Positions 18,355 to 25,229 of a stretch of 26,308 bases of DNA are shown piece by piece. The notes beneath the pieces were generated by a model that worked only from the letters and a program-made list of their open reading frames with translations, was not told where the DNA came from and did no database searches. Where the stretch lies: positions 1 to 26,308 of the forward strand of contig JALUCS010000123.1 of assembly GCA_027050205.1 (NCBI GenBank), written 5' to 3'. Origin of the DNA: a candidate division WOR-3 bacterium (GTDB lineage: Bacteria > Hydrothermota > Hydrothermia > LBFQ01). Numbering within the stretch: the stretch's first letter is position 1; each line of letters starts with the position of its first letter. The translations under genes were made by a program, and so were the position numbers.

Positions 18355-18360
18355 TATGAT
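18355..18360 (+). promoter_or_regulatory. -10 box (TATGAT) upstream of the YrlA-like RNA
   Basis: TANNNT box at the end of the AT-rich tract, immediately before the structured GC-rich segment. Confidence 0.5.
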
Positions 18361-18361
18361 A

Positions 18362-18590
18362 TGCGAGAGGGAGCCGTCTTCCCTTACCACGGCGGCAGAT
18401 ATGGGAGCTGTAGTCTCCGAGGCGCCGTTGAAACGAAGTTTATCGTATCGCAGGCGTCAAGATCCTGACCTCGGATTGGCCATTTACCTCATAGATGGGG
18501 TGAGGTTTGACTCTCTTTGAAAGAGAGCCGTTTCCGGCGCCGTTAGGGACCATCGCCTTTCACTGCCGTACCCCATATCGGCCTGTCGCA
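18362..18590 (+). ncRNA. Candidate YrlA-type Y RNA (long closing stem plus permuted tRNA-like domain)
   Basis: Nested pairings: 18362-70/18582-90, GATATGGG 18398-405/CCCATATC 18572-79, GGCGCCG 18421-27/18535-41, GAAACG 18430-35/18529-34. These enclose CAGG/CCTG, ACCTC/GAGGT and CTCTCTT/AAGAGAG arms. Directly upstream of rsr. Confidence 0.65.
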
Positions 18591-18621
18591 CTTTTCAACG
18601 TATTTATGTAAAAGTGAGACA
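18584..18621. promoter_or_regulatory. Inverted repeat TGTCGCACTTTT-N14-AAAAGTGAGACA (operator or hairpin)
   Basis: 11 of 12 arm positions are complementary; lies between the RNA and the rsr promoter. Confidence 0.45.
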
Positions 18622-18669
18622 TTCTATCGGCTCTATGTGAGCAAAGGTCTAACCGGACTTTAAAAACGC

Positions 18670-18683
18670 TTCGGCCTTAGAAT
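18670..18683 (+). promoter_or_regulatory. rsr promoter element TTCGGCCTTAGAAT (-10 TAGAAT)
   Basis: TAGAAT at 18678-83, then SD-like GGGGG, then ATG 18702. Identical 14-mer at 20279-92. Confidence 0.55.
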
Positions 18684-18701
18684 GCTGTCTGGGGGTAAAA
18701 A

Positions 18702-20294
18702 ATGCGTTTGGATCGTATCTTGGAAGAGGGAAGGACCCCTCAAGGGGAACCCATCCCAGGTCGGGAGAGGGAGATGGTGCAGAACAGGGCGGGAGGCTAC
18801 GGCTTCAAGATCTCCCCCCTACGCCAGTTAGAGAGGTTCCTGATCCTCGGCACCTTCTCCGGTACGTACTACGCCACCGCCTACGAGATGACGAAGGAGA
18901 ACGTCGCCAACGCCCTAAAGGTCGTAAATTCCCATCCCCGCGAGGTGGCCAAGCTGTTAGAAGAGGTCGCCCGCAACAACCGGGCCTACAAGTGGGATCC
19001 TCTACTCTTCACCCTCGCCGCCCTCTTCCTGTCCCCGGACACGGAGGGGAGGAGGTTAGCAGAGGAGGTGTTCCCGGTGGTGGTCAGGACGGGCTACCAC
19101 CTCCTGCTCTTTATGAGATACTACAGGTACCTAAGGGGAAGGGCGAGCCTCCTGCGACACGTCCGTAGGGCCATAAGGCGGTGGTTCTCATCCCAAGACG
19201 ATGAGCGCCTCGCCTACCAGGTCCTGAAGTACCTCCGCAGGGAGGGTTTCGCTATGTGGGACGTCCTACGCCTGGCCCATCCGAAGCCCGAAAACCCTTG
19301 GAGGAGCGAGTTCTACCGGTTCGTATCCGACTACCCCAGGAGGAGGAAGCGGCATATAGAGACCGGTCTCCTCACCCGGAACCCCTATGTCCGGGCCTTT
19401 CTCCGTTTGAGGGAAGGGGATATGTCTCCGTCGGACGTGGCCCGGTACATCCGAGATAACGCCGTAGTCAGGGAGTTCGTACCCGGACGCTACCTGCGAT
19501 ACGATGAGGTCTGGGATGCCCTAACCGACTCCATGCCCTACGTCGCCCTCCTACGGAACCTCTTCAACCTCCACAGGCGGGGGATACTACGGACGCGGGA
19601 GATGGAGATAGCCGAGAGGATACGCTCTGGAGCCGAGAGGCTCAAACCTAACCCCCTGTACCCCCTGCTCGCCTACGTCTCCCTCTCCGATGAGGATGGC
19701 ATCCCCCGGAGCATCATCAACGCCTTGGAGGAGGCCGTCATACGGAGCGCCGCCTCCCGCACCCCCCTCGGCCTGAAGCTGCTCTTCGCCCTTGACGTCT
19801 CCGGTTCTATGAACTGGTACGTTTCCGCCTATCACACCCGCCTGTGGCAACTTGGGATAACCCTCGCGTGGGTCATGGCCCAAAGGGAACCCCGTATGGA
19901 CTTCCTCGCCTTTGATATGTACGTAGATTGGGAAACCACCGAGAGGTTCTCCCCGTCCCTCACCCTATCCGAACTCCTGTCTATCCCCGTATCCTCCGGC
20001 GGTACGGACGTCTCCGTCCCCATAGAGTGGGCCTTGGAGAAGGGTAGGGAGTACGATATGATAGTCATCTTCACGGACGAGGAGACCTGGGCGGGGGATG
20101 AGCATCCCGCCCAAACCCTGTCTAGGTACAGGAGGAAGGTCAAGCCGGACACCCGCCTCGTCGTGATCGCCGCATCCCCCACGGCCTACTCCGTAGGCGA
20201 CCCCAAGGACCCATTGACCTTACAGGTCGTGGGCTTTGACCCCACGGTTATGGACGTCCTGGGTACCTTCTACTGGCTTTCGGCCTTAGAATAA
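18702..20294 (+). CDS. rsr: Ro60/TROVE-domain RNA-binding protein with C-terminal vWA domain
   Basis: QNRAGGYGF, LERFLILGT..GTYY, LAYQVLKY..REG..DVLRLAHPKP, MPYVALLRNL, MIDAS DVSGSM, GGTD, IFTDEETW, VVGFD. Confidence 0.95.
   Translation: MRLDRILEEGRTPQGEPIPGREREMVQNRAGGYGFKISPLRQLERFLILGTFSGTYYATAYEMTKENVANALKVVNSHPREVAKLLEEVARNNRAYKWDPLLFTLAALFLSPDTEGRRLAEEVFPVVVRTGYHLLLFMRYYRYLRGRASLLRHVRRAIRRWFSSQDDERLAYQVLKYLRREGFAMWDVLRLAHPKPENPWRSEFYRFVSDYPRRRKRHIETGLLTRNPYVRAFLRLREGDMSPSDVARYIRDNAVVREFVPGRYLRYDEVWDALTDSMPYVALLRNLFNLHRRGILRTREMEIAERIRSGAERLKPNPLYPLLAYVSLSDEDGIPRSIINALEEAVIRSAASRTPLGLKLLFALDVSGSMNWYVSAYHTRLWQLGITLAWVMAQREPRMDFLAFDMYVDWETTERFSPSLTLSELLSIPVSSGGTDVSVPIEWALEKGREYDMIVIFTDEETWAGDEHPAQTLSRYRRKVKPDTRLVVIAASPTAYSVGDPKDPLTLQVVGFDPTVMDVLGTFYWLSALE
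20279..20292 (+). promoter_or_regulatory. Promoter element for the downstream Y RNA, embedded in the rsr 3' end
   Basis: TAGAAT at 20287-92 lies 7 nt before G20300, the first base of the closing stem, matching the -10 spacing seen elsewhere in the window. Confidence 0.6.
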
Positions 20295-20299
20295 GAGGT

Positions 20300-20396
20300 G
20301 GGCCGTGTCCTGAAGTGGAGGGGTTACTGGCTGGTAGGTCTGAAAAACCTGCCGTAGTCCGTCTTCTTCCCCCTCTGCGCCGTTCGGACGCGGCCC
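20300..20396 (+). ncRNA. Candidate compact Y RNA (bulged-helix rod)
   Basis: GGGCCGTGTCC-(T bulge)-GAA pairs with TTC-GGACGCGGCCC; GTGGAGGGG/CCCCTCTGC; pyrimidine loop CCGTCTTCTTC; apical TGGTAGGT-CTGAAAA-ACCTGCCG. G-U pairs favour the + strand. Starts 6 nt after the rsr stop. Confidence 0.8.
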
Positions 20397-20558
20397 CGTT
20401 TAGTTTATGATTCTGCCCGGATAGGCAAGTTATGCACAAAATTGAAAATTTTCCGTATATTTTTGGGTTTCCAAACCGATAGCTCAAATATCTTGTAGAG
20501 GTTTAACCCGTAGCACCTCTTCGCCCCTCTCCCCCTTATCAAGGCTATAATAAACACT

Positions 20559-22046
20559 ATGCGGAAGTTCCTTTTGCTCTTCTTCCCAGCTGTCTTGGCC
20601 GCTCAAGATATATACAGGGAGGAGCAACCGACGAGGCTACAGGCCTACATGGAGGTCTTCGGATCAACCGTCCTGATAGGTCAGCCCGTTCCGGATCTGG
20701 TGGGGTACGCTATACCCGGCACCGGGGACCTGCTCAACGTCCTCCGGGCCAGGGCCGGGGCCTCCGTCAGTTTCGCCAACAAGTTCACCATCGGTATAGC
20801 CGGAATGTACTCCGGGGAGGCCACCAGCGACATCAGGGGCCTGCCCGTTGGCGTCTCCGAGGCCTACGTACAGTTGGACACCTTCGTCACCCCCATAGGT
20901 GGGCAGGGGGTAGTCAGGATAGGCCGCCAGCTGATAAACTTCGGTCAGGGTCTGGCCTTCGGCGATTACCACGGCTTCGGGGCTAACGCCGTCCGCCTCG
21001 GCTACAGGTTCAGCCCCGCCTGGGAGTGGTACCTGGATCTGCTGTACGTTAAGAGCAACGAGAGCGGCGCCCGTCAGGTTGAGAAGTTCTACTATCCCTT
21101 CGCCTATTACAACGCGGACGAGAACGAGATAGCATACAAGTGGATAAGCACGAGGTACGACCTTGAGACCTGGGCGGTATTCCTTGAGAGGAAGAAGGGT
21201 CCGAGGGACAACTACGAGTTCTACATCTACGCTGCTATGATGAGCGAGCAGAGGCTCGTAGGTAGTGGCTTCAACCCCTACTACCTCGGTGGCTACATCG
21301 CCATCGGACCCATCGGGAACTTCTACATGGACGCCGAGCTGGGTTATATGACGGGGATATGGGACTCCCGTCCCAGTACCTACGGGGACTTCTCCGCCCA
21401 GATATACGATATAGTGGGTGAAGGACGTTTAAACCTCAACGCCTACGCCATAGGCATAAGGGCCAACTACGACTTCACGGACCAGGTTACGGGTGGCGTC
21501 TCCTTCTTCACCTTCAGCGGAGACAACCCCAGCACCGACGGTATGTACGAGGCTTGGATCTCCCCTATGCCCCGGACGGCCGGCGTCTACGCTTTCAGCA
21601 ACTGGACCCACTGGACCGGTATGGGTGAGGTCTTCACGTGGAACTACAGGCCGGACAACTGGAGGAGCATATACTTCCTGAACCCCACCAACTTCGTCGC
21701 CGCCAACCTGAACGTCGTATATAAGGCCTTCCCCGTCCAGCAGTCTATGGTAATAAGGTTTGACGGCTTCGCGTACGCCGAGGCCGCCTCCCCTCCCGGT
21801 GTGGACCCCTACCTCGGTGCGGAGGCCGACGTCGCCATCAAGTTCACCTACGCCGACATAGCCGACATCGGCATAACCTTCGGGTACTTCCAGGCCGGTC
21901 CCCGCCTGCAGAGTACCGGTTGGTCTCGCCCGTCGCCCCTCAACCTCTACCTACAGGGTACGGTACCGGATTACCAGCTACTGAAAATAACGGGAGGCTC
22001 GTACGTCGCGAGGCTGTGGGTGTATAGGGCGGTGAACATCTTCTAA
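20559..22046 (+). CDS. Outer-membrane beta-barrel protein (alginate-export-like)
   Basis: Signal peptide, EAYV, RIGRQLINFG.G, alternating aromatic strands, YLGAEAD, terminal Phe. Confidence 0.7.
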   Translation: MRKFLLLFFPAVLAAQDIYREEQPTRLQAYMEVFGSTVLIGQPVPDLVGYAIPGTGDLLNVLRARAGASVSFANKFTIGIAGMYSGEATSDIRGLPVGVSEAYVQLDTFVTPIGGQGVVRIGRQLINFGQGLAFGDYHGFGANAVRLGYRFSPAWEWYLDLLYVKSNESGARQVEKFYYPFAYYNADENEIAYKWISTRYDLETWAVFLERKKGPRDNYEFYIYAAMMSEQRLVGSGFNPYYLGGYIAIGPIGNFYMDAELGYMTGIWDSRPSTYGDFSAQIYDIVGEGRLNLNAYAIGIRANYDFTDQVTGGVSFFTFSGDNPSTDGMYEAWISPMPRTAGVYAFSNWTHWTGMGEVFTWNYRPDNWRSIYFLNPTNFVAANLNVVYKAFPVQQSMVIRFDGFAYAEAASPPGVDPYLGAEADVAIKFTYADIADIGITFGYFQAGPRLQSTGWSRPSPLNLYLQGTVPDYQLLKITGGSYVARLWVYRAVNIF

Positions 22047-22047
22047 A

Positions 22048-22677
22048 GTGCCTTTAGTAGGCACGCTGATAAACGCCGGGGCCGTCTTGGTCGGCAGCCT
22101 CATCGGCAGTGGGGTAGGTAGGGTGTTCCCCGAAAGGTTGAGGGGGAACCTCCAGGGGGTGTTGGGCGTCCTCACCCTCGGTATGGCCATCCGTATGCTC
22201 GTAGAGGGGGACGTCCTGAAGGGGGGATTCACCCTCTTGGCGGGGTACCTAATCGGCTACCTCTTGGGTTTGGACGCCCGGCTTCGCTCCCTCGTCTCCT
22301 CCGGCGGTGTGGTGGCGGCCGTCGTCCTGTTCTGCACGGGGCCTATGACCGTCCTCGGCTCCATAAGGGACGCCCTGGGGGACCCCTCCATCCTCCTCGT
22401 AAAGTCCCTCCTGGATGGCACCGTCTCCGTGGTCTTCGGGGCCACCTTCGGCCCGTCCGTCGCCCTCTCCGCCCTCCTCCTCCTGATCATCCAAGGGGGG
22501 ATGGAACTGGTGACCCTCGCCTTCGGTGGAGGGACTCCCGACCTCTCCGTCCTCAACGGCACCGGAGGGCTTATCCTCGTCCTCATAGGCCTCAACCTCC
22601 TCCACCTGACCGATTTTCCCACCGCAGATACCCTCCCGGCCCTCGCCCTCGTACCGCTATGGTCCCTCTACTCTTAG
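22048..22677 (+). CDS. DUF554 family membrane protein
   Basis: GTLINAGAVLVGSLIG, LFCTGPMTVLGSI, LLVKSLLDG, IIQG. Confidence 0.92.
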   Translation: MPLVGTLINAGAVLVGSLIGSGVGRVFPERLRGNLQGVLGVLTLGMAIRMLVEGDVLKGGFTLLAGYLIGYLLGLDARLRSLVSSGGVVAAVVLFCTGPMTVLGSIRDALGDPSILLVKSLLDGTVSVVFGATFGPSVALSALLLLIIQGGMELVTLAFGGGTPDLSVLNGTGGLILVLIGLNLLHLTDFPTADTLPALALVPLWSLYS

Positions 22678-23519
22678 TGATAGCCCAGAAGTTCTACCGC
22701 AACCCTATGAAGGGGGCGGAGTACGGTTTCTACTGGAACTACGCCACCCGGCCGTACTGGACGATGTTGGAGTACGACCCTGCCACCTACAGGCTTAGAG
22801 AGAGGCTCCTGGTCAAACTGAAGGAGAGGGCCTACGACTTCTACTTCGTCCCTCCGAGACGCCTTTTCACCTCCGGGGACAGCACCTGCCACCTGTACGA
22901 GGTCTCCGAGAGCGGTACGGCCGTGGAGATAAAGACCTTCCCCGGTTGCAACCCAAGGACCCTGATGACGACCTATATGAATGTGGGGGTCCTCTTCATA
23001 ACCCCGGAAGGGAGGGAGGTTAAGATGTTTGCGGCGGTGGATACCCAGCTCCTCAAGGATGCGGATACGGTCATACGGTACGACTACCCCATCGCCTCCT
23101 GTTGGTACGATTACGAATTGGAGTGCGTCCCTGATACGGGCATATACGAGGGGGCTACGGACGTCGTTCCCCTTGAGGAGGACCGCACCCTAATAATCTA
23201 CCTCTGGGGCTTGAGGTTGATGGATGGGAAAGATACGGTGTTGACCTTAAAGACCCCCTCCAGACCGCTCTCATCCACCTACGCCCACGGCCTACTCCAC
23301 GTCGCCCTCGGCTCCAACGGCATCCTTACGGTGGACGTGCGGCGGGGTTCCTACACCTACTACCGGGACATAACCGCCGTGAACCTCTACTCCTCCTTCT
23401 ACGGTTTTGTCCTCTTGGTTGAGGATATGGACGGGTGCCTCCACGTCTTCCGGCCCGTCTTCCGTCCTCCATCGGTGAGGTACGCAGGCAAGGCGGAGAC
23501 GACCTTCTGCGGGAGGTAG
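22659..23519 (+). CDS. Hypothetical exported beta-rich (propeller-like) protein
   Basis: Short hydrophobic N-terminus, Tyr-rich beta strands, LHVALGSNGILTVDV segment resembling LVIVD repeats. Confidence 0.6.
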   Translation: MVPLLLVIAQKFYRNPMKGAEYGFYWNYATRPYWTMLEYDPATYRLRERLLVKLKERAYDFYFVPPRRLFTSGDSTCHLYEVSESGTAVEIKTFPGCNPRTLMTTYMNVGVLFITPEGREVKMFAAVDTQLLKDADTVIRYDYPIASCWYDYELECVPDTGIYEGATDVVPLEEDRTLIIYLWGLRLMDGKDTVLTLKTPSRPLSSTYAHGLLHVALGSNGILTVDVRRGSYTYYRDITAVNLYSSFYGFVLLVEDMDGCLHVFRPVFRPPSVRYAGKAETTFCGR

Positions 23520-23523
23520 GGCG

Positions 23524-24615
23524 GTGCGTATCCTCGTCATAAACTGGCAGGACTGGAAGCACCCGATGGCGGGGGGGGCGGAGGTCCATCTGAAGGAGGT
23601 CTTCACCCGCATAGCCCTTAGGGGGGTTGAGGTTCACGTCCTCTCCTGCGGCTTCAAGGGGGCAAGGAGGTACGAGGAGCTGGAGGGAGTCCGTATCCAC
23701 CGCGTAGGAAGCCGCCCCACCTTCAACTTCTTCGTACCTTTCGCCCTGCGGAGGCTTGAGGACCGGTACCGCTTTGACCTCCTCGTTGAGGACTTAAACA
23801 AGCTTCCCTTCTACACCATGTTCTACAGCCGGACACCCAAGAAGATGGCCATTCTCCACCACCTCTTCGGCGGGACCATATACGAGGAGACCAATCCCCT
23901 CGCCGCCACCTACGTTTACCTGCAGGAGAGGCTGATCCCCCGCCTCTACAGGTCCTGGCCCTTCATAGTCGTATCGGAGAGTACCAAGGAGGACCTCGTC
24001 AAGGGAGGGGTGCCGGAGGGGAACGTCAGGGTGATATACAACGGCATAGACGTTGAGTTCTTCCGCCCTATGCCCAAGTACGTCCAGCCCACCGTCCTGT
24101 ACCTCAACCGCTTCAGGAGGTACAAGAGGCCCGACCTCGCCGTAAGGATATTCGCCCTCGTACGTAGGAGGTTACCGGAAGCCCGCTTCCTGATGGCGGG
24201 GAAGGGTCCCTACCTTGAGAGCGTCAAACGGCTGGCGTCAAAGATGGGGGTACCGGTGGACTTCCTCGGCTTCGTCCCGGAGGAGGTCAAGGCGGAGGTA
24301 ATGGCCAAGTCGTGGGTGGTCCTGAACACCTCCTCCAAGGAGGGGTGGGGTCTGGTGAATATGGAGGCCTTCTCCAGCGGTACCCCGGTAGTGGGTTTCC
24401 GGGTCCACGGTATGAAGGACTCGGTGCGAGACGGGTACAACGGCTTCTTGGTGGAGTACGGAGACGTGGAGGGGGCAGCCTCCAAGGTGCTTCAAATCCT
24501 GCAAGACCGGTCCCTTAGGGAGACCCTATCCCGAAACGCCCGGAGGTTCGCCGAAAACTTCACGTGGGACAGGGCGGCGATAGAGACCCTTAAGGTGATG
24601 GCGGAGTTCCTCTAA
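23524..24615 (+). CDS. Glycosyltransferase family 4
   Basis: HPMAGGAE, IYNGID, EGWGLVNMEA (ExxGxxxxEA) motif. Confidence 0.93.
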   Translation: MRILVINWQDWKHPMAGGAEVHLKEVFTRIALRGVEVHVLSCGFKGARRYEELEGVRIHRVGSRPTFNFFVPFALRRLEDRYRFDLLVEDLNKLPFYTMFYSRTPKKMAILHHLFGGTIYEETNPLAATYVYLQERLIPRLYRSWPFIVVSESTKEDLVKGGVPEGNVRVIYNGIDVEFFRPMPKYVQPTVLYLNRFRRYKRPDLAVRIFALVRRRLPEARFLMAGKGPYLESVKRLASKMGVPVDFLGFVPEEVKAEVMAKSWVVLNTSSKEGWGLVNMEAFSSGTPVVGFRVHGMKDSVRDGYNGFLVEYGDVEGAASKVLQILQDRSLRETLSRNARRFAENFTWDRAAIETLKVMAEFL

Positions 24616-25175
24616 GACCTCATCTTCTTCAGGGAGGAGAGGTCTATTGTGGCGTACCTGCCCCTTCCGAGGTAAAGGGTGGGTCGTACCGCCTTCAGCT
24701 CCAGGCCGTCGTCCTCTCCAACCTCAACGGCGTGGGGGTCGTAATACACCCTCTTGACCTCCCCCCATATCAGGGTGTGGTCCCCGACGAGAATGTGGTC
24801 CATATACTCGCAGTCCAGGACGAGGTACGCCCCCTCTATTATGGGGTTCTGGAGGGGGGACATGAAGTGTGAGAGGCCAAGGGTGTTGAACTTGTCGGTG
24901 TCCCTGCCGCTAACCGTACCTATACGTTCAACCAGGTCCGCCCTCTCGTAGGGGAAGAAGTGGACGGCGAAGGTGAGGGCGCGTAGGATCACGTCGTGGC
25001 TGAAGCGTTTGGGTGCGACGGAGATGGAGTAGATGGGCGGGTTGAAGGATAGGGGGGTGTGCCAGACGAGGCTAAGGGCGGCCTTCCTCTCCCCATCGTA
25101 GGACGTGGCCACGACGACGGACCTCGGATAGGAGGCGTAGAGTCTCCGAAAGTTGAACCTCAACTTCTCCTTCAT
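24612..25175 (-). CDS. Flavin reductase-like (flavoredoxin) protein
   Basis: WHTPLSFNPP, GTVSGRDTDKF, GDHTLIWGEV. Confidence 0.9.
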   Translation of the reverse strand: MKEKLRFNFRRLYASYPRSVVVATSYDGERKAALSLVWHTPLSFNPPIYSISVAPKRFSHDVILRALTFAVHFFPYERADLVERIGTVSGRDTDKFNTLGLSHFMSPLQNPIIEGAYLVLDCEYMDHILVGDHTLIWGEVKRVYYDPHAVEVGEDDGLELKAVRPTLYLGRGRYATIDLSSLKKMRS

Positions 25176-25209
25176 ACCGGAGATTCTAAGGATGCCCCAA
25201 CGGACGAAG

Positions 25210-25227
25210 GGGGGCCTTGAGGCCCCC
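25210..25227 (-). terminator. GC-rich hairpin, possible terminator after the 25230 gene
   Basis: GGGGGCC-TTGA-GGCCCCC immediately after the stop codon; U-tract is weak. Confidence 0.45.
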
Positions 25228-25229
25228 TC

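Noticed and set aside
18394..18583. 6S RNA (similar length)
   Set aside because: It folds into a multibranch junction rather than a rod with a symmetric central bubble; not fully excluded without an Rfam search.
18362..20396. Canonical tRNA genes near rsr
   Set aside because: No complete cloverleaf with a GTTCRA T-loop and free acceptor ends; only tRNA-like parts are present.
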